Source: a virus
Taxonomy: Duplodnaviria; Caudoviricetes
Strand: one strand, 5' to 3'
IMG/VR virus record: IMGVR_UViG_3300042881_004206
DNA length: 64,000 bases
Positions 10,440 through 20,183 of the stretch are shown piece after piece. The position numbers were made by a program, and so were the translations under genes. The notes under the pieces were generated by a model, which did no database searches, was not told the origin of the DNA, and saw only the letters and a list, made by a program, of their open reading frames with translations. Each line of letters begins with the position of its first letter. The first letter of the stretch is position 1.

Positions 10440-10800
10440 CAATATTAAAATTTTAAGATTTAAAGATGGACTTGATGTAATCTGTAAAGTAACAGAAGAA
10501 TCTATAATTTCACTTGATATCGAAGATCCAATGATGTTCGAAGTTAGAAATTCGAATCTATTGATTCAACAATGGCTTCCTATTGCAACCACAAAAACTA
10601 ACAAGGTAAGTATTAGACAATCCGATATACTGTTCAAGATTGAACCTAATGAAAACTTCAAAGAATATTATGAAGGATTGGTTTCTAAGATAAACGATGT
10701 GGTTGAAAGTAATGATATCAGAAATGCTTCTATGGATAAAATCAAAGCTTTAATGGAAGAAATAGAATCATCCGCTAACGGTAACCAGGTGGTCCATTAA
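10432..10800 (+). CDS. Hypothetical protein (possible Sm-like fold) upstream of gp55
   Basis: IKILRFKDGLDVIC...IQQWLP pattern; overlaps uvsW stop. Confidence 0.55.
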   Translation: MDNNIKILRFKDGLDVICKVTEESIISLDIEDPMMFEVRNSNLLIQQWLPIATTKTNKVSIRQSDILFKIEPNENFKEYYEGLVSKINDVVESNDIRNASMDKIKALMEEIESSANGNQVVH

Positions 10801-10878
10801 ATTAATTATCTCTGGGCTACACCGAGAATTTAACATTCTGTCAAGCCTTTTGTCAACAACTTTTTATGGTATATTTGA

Positions 10879-11418
10879 ATGAGTAAACAAGGTCACTACA
10901 TCAACAACGAAGACTTCTTGAGGGCATTGGTTGCCTATAAAGAGGCATGTGCAACTGCCAAAGAACAAGGGTTACCTAAACCTAAGATACCAAATTATAT
11001 TGGTGAATGTTTCATGAAGATTGCCGAAGGTCTATCACATAAGCCAAACTTCATTAATTACCCACACCGAGAAGATATGATTGGTGATGGTATTGAAAAC
11101 TGTTTGATGTATTTCGAGAACTTTGATCCAGAAAAATCAAAGAATCCATTTGCATATTTTACTCAGATCATTTACTTTGCTTTTCTTAGAAGAATCCAAA
11201 AAGAAAAGAAACAGTTGTATGTGAAGTACAAATCAACCGAAATGTTTGGTATTCTAGATGAGTTCGATACTTCAGACTCCGATGAATCAGGCGGTAAACA
11301 ATTTGAATTATACGACAACATTGCCGAGTTTATAGAAAATTATGAGATATCTAGAAAAAATAAAAAAACAGAAAAGATAGTTGTAAAAAAAGGTATAGAA
11401 AAATTTATGGAAGAATAA
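10879..11418 (+). CDS. gp55: Late transcription sigma factor
   Basis: HYINNEDF, YIGECFMKIAEGLSHKPNFINY and NPFAYFTQIIYFAFLRRIQKEKKQ. Confidence 0.96.
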   Translation: MSKQGHYINNEDFLRALVAYKEACATAKEQGLPKPKIPNYIGECFMKIAEGLSHKPNFINYPHREDMIGDGIENCLMYFENFDPEKSKNPFAYFTQIIYFAFLRRIQKEKKQLYVKYKSTEMFGILDEFDTSDSDESGGKQFELYDNIAEFIENYEISRKNKKTEKIVVKKGIEKFMEE

Positions 11419-11422
11419 TATC

Positions 11423-11863
11423 ATGAAGATTGGTTTTAATTGCAGTACTTTTGATTTATTTCATGCAGGACATGTTGCGATGTTGAAGATAGAAAAACAA
11501 CATTGTGACCATCTAATTGTTGCACTACAATCAGATCCAACAATCGACAGGCCCGATACCAAAAATAAACCAGTGCAGTCATTGTATGAACGATTTGTTC
11601 AGGTTTCATCGTGTAAGTATGTCGATGAAGTCTTGGTGTATGAAACGGAAGAAGATTTGGAAAACATTTTCAAAACTCAAACCATACATGTTCGTTTTTT
11701 GGGAGAAGAATACCGAAACAAACCTTTTACCGGAAAACAATATTGCCTTGACAGGGGTATTGAAATCTTTTATCATAATCGGGATCACACTTATTCAAGT
11801 TCAAATCTTAGAAAAAGAGCTTATGAAGCCGAAAAACGGCGTTTGGAAAAAGATAACCAATGA
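11423..11863 (+). CDS. Cytidylyltransferase (TagD/RfaE-like)
   Basis: STFDLFHAGH (HxGH) motif, NKPVQSLYER and YSSSNLR. Confidence 0.88.
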   Translation: MKIGFNCSTFDLFHAGHVAMLKIEKQHCDHLIVALQSDPTIDRPDTKNKPVQSLYERFVQVSSCKYVDEVLVYETEEDLENIFKTQTIHVRFLGEEYRNKPFTGKQYCLDRGIEIFYHNRDHTYSSSNLRKRAYEAEKRRLEKDNQ

Positions 11864-12939
11864 AAGTAGCAATAATAACAGACCAACATTTTGGTGCAAG
11901 AAACGATTCGATACACTTTTTGGACTTTTATGAAAAGTTTTACCGAGATGTTTTCTTTCCGGCCTTAAAAAAGAACGACATTAAAACTCTTTTAATATTG
12001 GGTGATACATTCGATAGACGAAAATATGTAAACTTCTATTCTCTGAAAAGAACAAAAGAAATGTTTTTTGATGTTCTACACGAAATGAAAATCGAAGTTC
12101 ATATGTTGGCCGGTAATCATGATACTTATTTCAAAAACACGAACGATGTGAACTCAGTTGATCTTTTGTTAAGAGAATACGATAACATCAATGTAATTGA
12201 TTCTCCGCAAACTATACATCTGGAATATGGTAATACATCATCCGATGTGTGTATGATTCCCTGGATTTGTCCAGAAAATTATAATAATTGTATGTCTGAG
12301 ATCAATAATACATCAGCAACATTGTGCATGGGACATTTTGAAATTGCTGGTTTTGCAATGTATCGTGGTATGCCATCTGAAGAAGGATTGGAAAAAGGTT
12401 TGTTCCGAAAGTTTGATTGTACATTCAGTGGTCATTATCATCACAAGTCCAGTAGTGATGACATTTATTACTTAGGTAATCCCTATGAATTAACCTGGCA
12501 AGATTATAATGATCAACGAGGTTTTCATATTTTTGATCTCAACAATAGAGAATTAACCTTCATACCGAATCCATATAAAATGTTTCATAGAATCGTTTAT
12601 GATGACAAACAAGAAACAATCACCGAGATTACCAATAAAGATTTAACCGAATATGCAAACACTTATGTTAAGGTGGTAGTAATTAATAAAACCAATCCTT
12701 ATTTGTTTGACAAATTTATGAATAACTTGTATAATGTTAATCCTGTCGACATTACAGTTGCGGAAGACTTTACTGATTTGAATGAAGGTATCGATGACAA
12801 TATGGTTGATCAAGCCGAAGATACATTGACCATATTGAACAAGTACATTGATAATATCAAAGAAGATAGCATACAAAACGACAAACTAAAAACTTTGATG
12901 AAAGAACTCTACATAGAGGCATTGAATACTGAATCATGA
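11860..12939 (+). CDS. gp47: Recombination endonuclease subunit (Mre11-like)
   Basis: TDQHFG, LGDTFD, GNHD and SGHYH metallophosphoesterase motifs; followed by gp46. Confidence 0.96.
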   Translation: MKVAIITDQHFGARNDSIHFLDFYEKFYRDVFFPALKKNDIKTLLILGDTFDRRKYVNFYSLKRTKEMFFDVLHEMKIEVHMLAGNHDTYFKNTNDVNSVDLLLREYDNINVIDSPQTIHLEYGNTSSDVCMIPWICPENYNNCMSEINNTSATLCMGHFEIAGFAMYRGMPSEEGLEKGLFRKFDCTFSGHYHHKSSSDDIYYLGNPYELTWQDYNDQRGFHIFDLNNRELTFIPNPYKMFHRIVYDDKQETITEITNKDLTEYANTYVKVVVINKTNPYLFDKFMNNLYNVNPVDITVAEDFTDLNEGIDDNMVDQAEDTLTILNKYIDNIKEDSIQNDKLKTLMKELYIEALNTES

Positions 12940-14651
12940 TTTTATTTCAGAAAGTACGTTGGAGAAATTTTCTATCGACTGGTGCAAACTTCACCGAAGT
13001 TGTCTTAACAAAATCAACTAACACATTGATCATTGGTCAAAATGGTGCGGGAAAATCCACCATTCTGGATGCTCTGTGTTTTGGTTTATTTGGAAAACCT
13101 TTTCGTAAGATAAATAAGCCACAATTACTAAACTCAATCAACCAAAGAGAAGCTATTGTTGAAGTTGAGTTTACGATTGGTAAAAAGAATTACAAAGTTA
13201 TTCGTGGTATCAAACCAAATGTTTTTGAAATTTACTGTAATGATGTTTTGCTGAACCAGGATGCAGCTGCAAAAGATTACCAAGATGTACTAGAGAATTC
13301 AATTCTCAAACTAAACTTTAAATCTTTCACGCAAGTGGTCATCCTTGGTTCAGCATCCTTTACTCCTTTCATGCAACTATCTGCCTCCGACAGGCGTGCT
13401 CTGATAGAAGACCTTTTGGACATTCAAATATTTTCTTCGATGAACAACATCGTTAAAGAAAAAATGTCCGATATCAAAGACAAATCTTCAACCAACAACT
13501 ACAATATCAGCCTAACTGAAGAAAAAATTAATCTTCAGTTGCAAAATATTGAAGCAAACAAGAAGTTGAATGAAGAAGAAATCGAAAAGAAAAAGGTTGA
13601 AATCGAACAATCAAATCAGCAAATCAATAAGTTACAAGATGATATTGTATTGATACAAAAACATGTTGATGTTTTGATAAAGAAAATTTCCGATGAGAAT
13701 ACCATCTCATCTAAATTAAAAAAATTGTTCCAGTTGGAAGCAAAGATTGAAACTAATATTAAAAAGAATGAAAAAGATATTGAGTTTTATGAAAGTAATG
13801 ATAATTGTCCAACATGCAAACAACATATCAATGAACATCACAAGAATGAAGAAATAACCTCCAGAAAAAATAAAGTAGATGTGCAAAAAAATGGTCTAAA
13901 AGAAATAGAAGTTGAAGTGGAAAAATTAAATCTGAGAGTTTCGGAAATTGAAAAAATAAACAAACACATTGTCGCACACAACAATGAAATTGTTAGTCAC
14001 AATTCGACTCTATTATCTCTCAACAAATACATCACTAAATTGAATAAAGAAATTATAGAATTGTCAAACAAGAAAAATAATCTGGAAGAAGTCAATGAGA
14101 AATTGAAAGAACTGAAGATTGAAATGGACAATTATTTAAAAATTAAAGAAGAACTTATTGTTGAAAAACATTACTACGAATTTGCATCAACACTTTTAAA
14201 AGATACTGGAATCAAAACAAAAATTATTAAACAGTATTTACCTATTATGAATAAATTGATTAACAAATATTTGTCAGCAATGGACTTCTTTGTTAATTTT
14301 AATATCAATGAAAATTTTGAAGAAACGATTAAGAGTAGACACCGAGATGAATTTGGTTATGCAAATTTCTCAGAAGGAGAAAAAATGCGCATCGACCTTG
14401 CACTGTTGTTTACTTGGAGACAGGTAGCTAAGTTAAAGAATAGTACAAATACCAATTTGTTAATATTGGATGAAGTGTTTGATTCATCACTGGATACAGG
14501 CGGCACAGAAGAATTTTTAAAGTTGATTCAAGAAATGGGAACCGACACAAACATTTTTGTCATTTCACATAAGGGTGATCAATTATTTGATAAGTTCCGT
14601 AGTGTCATTCGTTTTGAGAAAAAAGGAAACTTTTCAAGGATTGCGAAATGA
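12936..14651 (+). CDS. gp46: Recombination ATPase (Rad50/SbcC-like)
   Basis: GQNGAGKST Walker A, CPTC zinc hook, [14 protein letters not shown] and LILDEVFD. Confidence 0.97.
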   Translation: MILFQKVRWRNFLSTGANFTEVVLTKSTNTLIIGQNGAGKSTILDALCFGLFGKPFRKINKPQLLNSINQREAIVEVEFTIGKKNYKVIRGIKPNVFEIYCNDVLLNQDAAAKDYQDVLENSILKLNFKSFTQVVILGSASFTPFMQLSASDRRALIEDLLDIQIFSSMNNIVKEKMSDIKDKSSTNNYNISLTEEKINLQLQNIEANKKLNEEEIEKKKVEIEQSNQQINKLQDDIVLIQKHVDVLIKKISDENTISSKLKKLFQLEAKIETNIKKNEKDIEFYESNDNCPTCKQHINEHHKNEEITSRKNKVDVQKNGLKEIEVEVEKLNLRVSEIEKINKHIVAHNNEIVSHNSTLLSLNKYITKLNKEIIELSNKKNNLEEVNEKLKELKIEMDNYLKIKEELIVEKHYYEFASTLLKDTGIKTKIIKQYLPIMNKLINKYLSAMDFFVNFNINENFEETIKSRHRDEFGYANFSEGEKMRIDLALLFTWRQVAKLKNSTNTNLLILDEVFDSSLDTGGTEEFLKLIQEMGTDTNIFVISHKGDQLFDKFRSVIRFEKKGNFSRIAK

Positions 14652-15667
14652 GAATTGAAGATGATGTTAAATTGGATTTTCAGGATGTATTAATTCGTCC
14701 CAAACGGTCAACTCTTAGTAGTCGTAAAGAAGTTAGTTTATATCGAAATTTTAAATTTAAACATAGTCAAGTGGAATGGGCCGGAATTCCTATTATGGCC
14801 TCCAATATGGACGGAGTAGGCACATTCAAAATGGCAGAGGCTTTATACAAACATGAAATGTTTACTTGTTTGGTGAAAAGTTATGATTTGGAATCATTCA
14901 TTGACAATCAAGATTCTATATTCGAAACATCTTTATCCATCAGCACAGGAACTAGTGATAGAGACTGGACTAAACTGCAACAGATTCTGAATGTTTTTCC
15001 CAATCTAAAGTTTATTTGTATTGATGTGGCGAATGGTTACAGCGAACATTTTGGTGACTTTGTTGCCAAAGTTCGCGAAAGATATCCTTCGCATACAATT
15101 ATTGCAGGTAATGTGGTTACAGCAGATATGACACAGGAGTTAATTTTACGTGGAGCAGATATTGTTAAAGTTGGTATTGGGCCCGGTTCAGTTTGTACTA
15201 CAAGGATTCAAACAGGTGTTGGATATCCTCAATTATCCGCCATTATTGAATGCGCTGATGCAGCTCACGGTCTTGGAGCGCATATTATTGCTGATGGTGG
15301 CTGTACTTGTCCTGGTGATGTTGCTAAGGCATTTGGTGCCGGTGCTGATTTTGTAATGTTGGGTGGAATGTTGGCAGGTCATGACGAAGGCGGAGGCCAA
15401 GTCGATGGAGGCAAAGTTACATTCTATGGCATGAGCAGTGATACTGCCATGAATAAACACCACGGAGGAGTTGCAGAATATCGCAGCAGCGAAGGCCGAA
15501 CAGTTGAAGTGCCATATCGTGGTGCAGTTAAAAATACTGTTCTCGATTTGTTGGGTGGTTTGCGCAGTTCTTGTACATATGTTGGTGCATCAAGTTTAAA
15601 ACAACTAAGTAAATGCACCACATTTATTCGTGTGAATAATCAATACAACAAAGTATTTTTGAAATAA
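14648..15667 (+). CDS. guaC: GMP reductase
   Basis: [42 protein letters not shown] and YRSSEGRTV; no CBS domains. Confidence 0.93.
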   Translation: MRIEDDVKLDFQDVLIRPKRSTLSSRKEVSLYRNFKFKHSQVEWAGIPIMASNMDGVGTFKMAEALYKHEMFTCLVKSYDLESFIDNQDSIFETSLSISTGTSDRDWTKLQQILNVFPNLKFICIDVANGYSEHFGDFVAKVRERYPSHTIIAGNVVTADMTQELILRGADIVKVGIGPGSVCTTRIQTGVGYPQLSAIIECADAAHGLGAHIIADGGCTCPGDVAKAFGAGADFVMLGGMLAGHDEGGGQVDGGKVTFYGMSSDTAMNKHHGGVAEYRSSEGRTVEVPYRGAVKNTVLDLLGGLRSSCTYVGASSLKQLSKCTTFIRVNNQYNKVFLK

Positions 15668-15678
15668 GGATTTTAAAA

Positions 15679-16284
15679 ATGTCCACTGATAATGATTTAC
15701 TAATTTATAATACAGAAGAATCTGTTATTGCATCAAATCAGAAACCAAAAATTTTAAAATTGGTTAATGAATCAGATTCTATTTTAAAAGAAGTTATGCC
15801 TAATTTTGATTTTTCAGATAAATCATTAAATGCTGTTGAGCTGGCAAATTCTTTGGTCGAATCGTGTAAGTTATATAAAGGTTATGGATTATCAGCCAAC
15901 CAATGTGGTATTAGGGCAAGAGTTTTCGTTATGGGTGCCGAGAATGAATATGTAGCATTTTTTAATCCTAAATTACTCTCATCAAAAGGAGAAATACACC
16001 TAGAAGAAGGTTGTTTATCTTTTCCACTTCTAGGATTAAGAGTTACCAGACCTAAAGAAATTGAAGTGGAATACCAAGACTACACTGGAACGACCAAGTA
16101 TATGAGATTGGATGGCATAAGTGCTAGAGTTTTTCTGCATGAGCTTGACCACATGAACGGAATAGTGTATACTGATCGCGCTAAACCATTGGCACTTGCC
16201 TCTGGTCAGAAAAAACGTCAGAAACTATTCAAGAATATTTTAAATAATGGTAAAAAAGTTCAAGAAGCCTATACCTACAGTTGA
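15679..16284 (+). CDS. def: Peptide deformylase
   Basis: GYGLSANQCG, EGCLS and HELDH motifs. Confidence 0.95.
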   Translation: MSTDNDLLIYNTEESVIASNQKPKILKLVNESDSILKEVMPNFDFSDKSLNAVELANSLVESCKLYKGYGLSANQCGIRARVFVMGAENEYVAFFNPKLLSSKGEIHLEEGCLSFPLLGLRVTRPKEIEVEYQDYTGTTKYMRLDGISARVFLHELDHMNGIVYTDRAKPLALASGQKKRQKLFKNILNNGKKVQEAYTYS

Positions 16285-17524
16285 AGAACAATGGGATCAA
16301 TGGAAAACAATAAATGATCCCGTTCGTTTTACACACATTGGAACAGATACACTAAAAGAAGTCTTGGTAAAAGACTTGACTTATGCCTCACAAATGGATG
16401 TGAGAGAATACACTTTGTATCAAAAGTGGTGTGAAGTACATGAAAAGTATCCTACTGAAGTAAGAAACACCTTTGAAGGTGAACAGCTTGTGTTGCTTGA
16501 CCATAAACAAATGCGCACAGTCAATGAAGTCAAAGGTAAATTTTGGATGCCCAAAGAACCTGATGATTATCAGAATCTAAAGCCTAAATTGGTTCTTTCC
16601 AACGAAAAAGAAACCGATACTTGGAATACTATACGTACATTTTCTTCAACAATGAAGAATAACTCCAATATCGGCCGTAACTTATACTATACAGTAGTTG
16701 ATGATGTTACTGGAAACTATCTTGGTGTTATTTGTATATCATCCGATTTCTTGGATTTGACTCCGAGAGATAATGCAATTGGTTGGTCTAGAGATGTTAA
16801 GACCAAACAAAACATGATTAACCACACAGCAATAGGTTCGACCATTGTTCCTTTACAACCACTAGGTTACAATTACATGGGTGGAAAATTACTCGCTTTG
16901 TTATGCCTGGCTGATACTGTACAGAGTGATTGGAAACAAAAATATGGTGATGTTCTGGTTGGTGTCACAACAACATCACTTTATGGAAATACTAAATCAA
17001 ATGGACTTTCACAGTATGACGGTTTAGAACATTGGAATAAGATGGGTTTCTCCAGTGGTTCAGTTGCATTCGAACCCACAAGAAAAACCATGAATATGGT
17101 CTTCGACTGGATTAAAGAGAACCATACACGTAAGTATTTCGAATGGTGGGAAGCAAAAAATCCTCAAGGATTACCACTGAAACGAGATCACAAAAACCGT
17201 TCTCTAAATTTTGCTTATTCAAAATTACAGATACCTAAGAACTTAATTCGTACCGAACATCAGAGAGGCATCTATTTTTCTCCTCTCTATGATAACACCA
17301 ATGAATTTTTGCGGAAAGAAATTGGTGAAGATAAACTGGTAAAATCATTTGATACCAGTGAAGAAACTTTGGCTAATATTTGGAAAACAAAATATGCCAA
17401 AGGTAGAATTTCAATGTTGAAAAAGAAGAACACGGTTTCCTATGAAAACCTATTCTATGATGACTTGATTTTCCTCTCTTGGGAAGAAACCAAAGAGAAA
17501 TATCTGCCACAAGTTGGCAGATAA
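16247..17524 (+). CDS. DUF4338/DruA-like protein, copy 1
   Basis: IVPLQPLGYNYMGGKLLALLC and TTTSLYG...SQYDG motifs, shared with ORF at 39.4 kb and recalled from the DruA family. Confidence 0.65.
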   Translation: MVKKFKKPIPTVEEQWDQWKTINDPVRFTHIGTDTLKEVLVKDLTYASQMDVREYTLYQKWCEVHEKYPTEVRNTFEGEQLVLLDHKQMRTVNEVKGKFWMPKEPDDYQNLKPKLVLSNEKETDTWNTIRTFSSTMKNNSNIGRNLYYTVVDDVTGNYLGVICISSDFLDLTPRDNAIGWSRDVKTKQNMINHTAIGSTIVPLQPLGYNYMGGKLLALLCLADTVQSDWKQKYGDVLVGVTTTSLYGNTKSNGLSQYDGLEHWNKMGFSSGSVAFEPTRKTMNMVFDWIKENHTRKYFEWWEAKNPQGLPLKRDHKNRSLNFAYSKLQIPKNLIRTEHQRGIYFSPLYDNTNEFLRKEIGEDKLVKSFDTSEETLANIWKTKYAKGRISMLKKKNTVSYENLFYDDLIFLSWEETKEKYLPQVGR

Positions 17525-17546
17525 AAAAAGTATACCGCAAAAAAGG

Positions 17547-17575
17547 TTGACAAGTTCACTATATAATAGTATGAT
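17547..17575 (+). promoter_or_regulatory. Sigma70-type promoter
   Basis: TTGACA-17 nt-TATGAT upstream of wHTH gene. Confidence 0.7.
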
Positions 17576-17630
17576 GTGAATTCTTGTTACAAACAAGGTT
17601 TTTTAATTTTATCATTTAGGAGTGATTATT

Positions 17631-17900
17631 ATGGCTAAACTTTCTGCTAAGCAAAAGATTCTGAACTTCCTCAGCAAGCGTGAGGGTTACAATACACTGA
17701 GCGTTGCACAAGCTCGTGCTCGTTTCGGCATTCAGAATGTTGCTGCTCGCATTGAAGAACTTCGTCAAGAAGGCAATGTTATCTACACCAACACACGCAC
17801 TCGCGGTGATGGTACTAAGGTTTCCGTTTATCGTATTGGCACACCAACCAAGTCTATGGTTCGTGCTGCTCTGCGTTCCGGTTATTCTTTTGCTGCCTAA
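17631..17900 (+). CDS. Small basic winged-HTH DNA-binding protein
   Basis: LSVAQARARFGIQNVAARIEELRQEG helix-turn-helix with wing; AGGAG RBS supports ATG 17631. Confidence 0.7.
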   Translation: MAKLSAKQKILNFLSKREGYNTLSVAQARARFGIQNVAARIEELRQEGNVIYTNTRTRGDGTKVSVYRIGTPTKSMVRAALRSGYSFAA

Positions 17901-17914
17901 ACAGCATTAAGAAA

Positions 17915-17948
17915 GGGGAAAGCCATTCGTGGCTTTCCCCATTTTTTT
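17915..17948 (+). terminator. Intrinsic terminator (UUCG loop)
   Basis: GGGGAAAGCCA-TTCG-TGGCTTTCCCC followed by T run. Confidence 0.88.
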
Positions 17949-17963
17949 ATTTTTGGAGAACAC

Positions 17964-18761
17964 ATGGAAATTTCTATTAAAAAAGAAGACCTACAAAAGA
18001 AAAGCATCTTTGTTGCAACTCCGATGTATGGTGGTATGAATCATGGCCTTTATGCTAAAGCTTGTCTCGACTTACAAGCTATCTGTGTTCAGTATGGCGT
18101 TACTGTAAAGTTCTCTTTTCTTTTCAATGAATCATTGATTACAAGAGCACGAAATTATCTTGTAGATGAATTTCTAAATCGTTCGGAATGCACACATCTT
18201 TTGTTTCTTGATTCCGACATTCACTTTGATCCTAGAGATGTTATTGCGATGTTGGCTCTAGATAAAGAAGTTATTGGTGGACCTTATCCCAAGAAAGCTA
18301 TTAAGTGGCGTTCTGTAAAGAAAGCTATCGAAAAGAATCCTGATATCGATCCACAACTATTGGAAAAAGTTACTGGTGACTATGTTTTTAATCCTGTTCG
18401 TGGTACTGCACAATTTTCTGTAACTGAACCACTAGAAGTTCTGGAAATTGGAACAGGTTTTATGATGGTTCAACGAGAAGTATTTCCAAAGTTTGCAGAA
18501 GCTTATCCACAATTAAAGTATAAACCTGATCATGTTGGTCAAGCACACTTTGATGGAAGTCGGTATATTCATGCATATTTTGACACAGTAATTGATAAAG
18601 AATCTGAAAGATATTTGTCAGAAGATTATATGTTCTGTCAGTGGTGGAGAAACATTGGTGGAAAAATTTACCTCTGCCCTTGGATGAGAACTGACCACAT
18701 CGGCACATATCACTTCAAGGGAGACATGCCTGCTGTTGCTAACTATGTAGGAGAAATGTAA
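17964..18761 (+). CDS. GT-A fold glycosyltransferase-like protein
   Basis: IFVATPMYGG, ESLITRARN, HLLFLDSDI (DxD), GTGFMMV and YLSEDYMFC. Confidence 0.75.
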   Translation: MEISIKKEDLQKKSIFVATPMYGGMNHGLYAKACLDLQAICVQYGVTVKFSFLFNESLITRARNYLVDEFLNRSECTHLLFLDSDIHFDPRDVIAMLALDKEVIGGPYPKKAIKWRSVKKAIEKNPDIDPQLLEKVTGDYVFNPVRGTAQFSVTEPLEVLEIGTGFMMVQREVFPKFAEAYPQLKYKPDHVGQAHFDGSRYIHAYFDTVIDKESERYLSEDYMFCQWWRNIGGKIYLCPWMRTDHIGTYHFKGDMPAVANYVGEM

Positions 18762-19189
18762 TGAAATCTGAAGATTTTTCTCCGTCAGCACCAACGATTA
18801 CTATTGGTGGTGCCGCTGCTGAACCAATAATTGAAACAATTAATCTAGATGATATTTCAATTACTTTGAGTGATGATATCATCAAATTTCATGATATAGA
18901 TGGACGCAAGTTTGATGACGGTAAACTTGAATATGGTTTGTTGCCTCCTTTGGCACTTAAAGCTACAGTTGATGTTCTAACTTTTGGTGCACAAAAATAT
19001 GAACGAGACAACTGGAAGTTTGTGGATGATTCGAAAAGGCGTTATTTCGATGCATTACAAAGGCATTTGTGGGCTTGGAAAGAAGGAGAAGAAAATGATC
19101 CGGAATCCGGTAAACACCATTTAGCTCATGCAATGTGTTGCCTAATGTTTCTTTATGAACACGATGTGAAATATTCCACGACAGAATGA
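18761..19189 (+). CDS. dATP/dGTP diphosphohydrolase domain protein (DUF5664-like)
   Basis: GRKFDDGKLEYGLLPP, VLTFGAQKYERDNW, YFDALQRHL and DPESGKHHLAHAMCCLMFL. Confidence 0.8.
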   Translation: MKSEDFSPSAPTITIGGAAAEPIIETINLDDISITLSDDIIKFHDIDGRKFDDGKLEYGLLPPLALKATVDVLTFGAQKYERDNWKFVDDSKRRYFDALQRHLWAWKEGEENDPESGKHHLAHAMCCLMFLYEHDVKYSTTE

Positions 19190-19236
19190 AAATAATGTTG
19201 TATAATGATATGAATTTTTATTATGGAGATTGAAAA

Positions 19237-19908
19237 ATGAAATTGTCAGCCGACACACTAACTGTTCTCAAAAATTTTGCCAGTATCAATCCTGGTTTGG
19301 AATTTAAACAAGGTAATCAACTTTCTACAATGTCACCCACCAAGACTGTGCTCGCAAAAGCTACAGTTGGTGATAGCTTTCCAGAAGACTTCTGTATCTA
19401 TGACTTGAACCAATTCTTATCGGTTCATTCTTTGTTCAAAGATGCTGATGTGGATTTTGAAGATGCCAATGTTATTTTCAAGAGTGGCAGAAGCAAGACG
19501 AAGTATCGCAAGACTTCAAAAACAATGATTGTTACAGTACCCGAAAAAGAACTGAACTTGCCCAGCGTGGAAATTTCTTTCACATTTAATGATGAAGATT
19601 TTGCCTCTGTTATGAAGTCTGCAAGCGTACTACAATCACCTAATGTCTCCATCGAATCCGATGGTGAAAAGATTTATGTGACTTGTTTCAATGCAGCAGA
19701 TGATTCTTCGCACACAAATCTGATTGAAGTTGCTGATGGAAACGGAAGTAAGTTCAAATCCGTATTCAGTACTGATAATCTGAAGATGATTCCTGGCACA
19801 TATGATGTTCAGATTTCATCAAAAGGTATTTCTTTGTTTAAGAATACAAATGGTAATCTAAGTTATTGGATTGCAATTGAATCTAAGTACTCAAAGTTTG
19901 AGGCTTGA
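19237..19908 (+). CDS. gp45: Sliding clamp
   Basis: MKLSADTLTVLKNFASINPGL, FCIYDLNQFL and YWIAIE; sigma70-like ACGACA-17-TATAAT at 19178-19206. Confidence 0.94.
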   Translation: MKLSADTLTVLKNFASINPGLEFKQGNQLSTMSPTKTVLAKATVGDSFPEDFCIYDLNQFLSVHSLFKDADVDFEDANVIFKSGRSKTKYRKTSKTMIVTVPEKELNLPSVEISFTFNDEDFASVMKSASVLQSPNVSIESDGEKIYVTCFNAADDSSHTNLIEVADGNGSKFKSVFSTDNLKMIPGTYDVQISSKGISLFKNTNGNLSYWIAIESKYSKFEA

Positions 19909-19910
19909 TT

Positions 19911-20183
19911 ATGAAAGTAAATACAATTTTTGGTTCGTTTGATGATGAACAGTTGTCCAAACTGAAAGGTTATATTGGAGAAGCAGTTCAAGTGATGGAC
20001 AAAATGGATGTAAAGAAGATTGAATTGCGTGATATCATTGATGCTGCTTATGATGATTTCAAAATTCCTAAAAAGATTTTGCGTAGAATGATCAAGGTAC
20101 AACGTAATCAGTCCTTTCAAAGTGAGGTTGCAGAGTATAAAGAATTTGAAGCCTTGTTTGAGGGCATGAACGAGGTCAAGTGA
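19911..20183 (+). CDS. DsbA-like dsDNA-binding / transcription protein
   Basis: ~90 aa helical protein with IIDAAYDDFKIPKKILRRMIK..FQSEVAEYKEFEALFE, resembling T4 DsbA. Confidence 0.55.
   Translation: MKVNTIFGSFDDEQLSKLKGYIGEAVQVMDKMDVKKIELRDIIDAAYDDFKIPKKILRRMIKVQRNQSFQSEVAEYKEFEALFEGMNEVK

Noticed and set aside
10827-10856. Two TTGACA hexamers on the minus strand upstream of gp55 (possible antisense promoter)
   Set aside because: No convincing -10 at the correct spacing
14648-19189. 2-aminoadenine (Z) genome suggested by the dATP/dGTP diphosphohydrolase
   Set aside because: No purZ or HD-family datZ in the window; the hydrolase alone is not diagnostic
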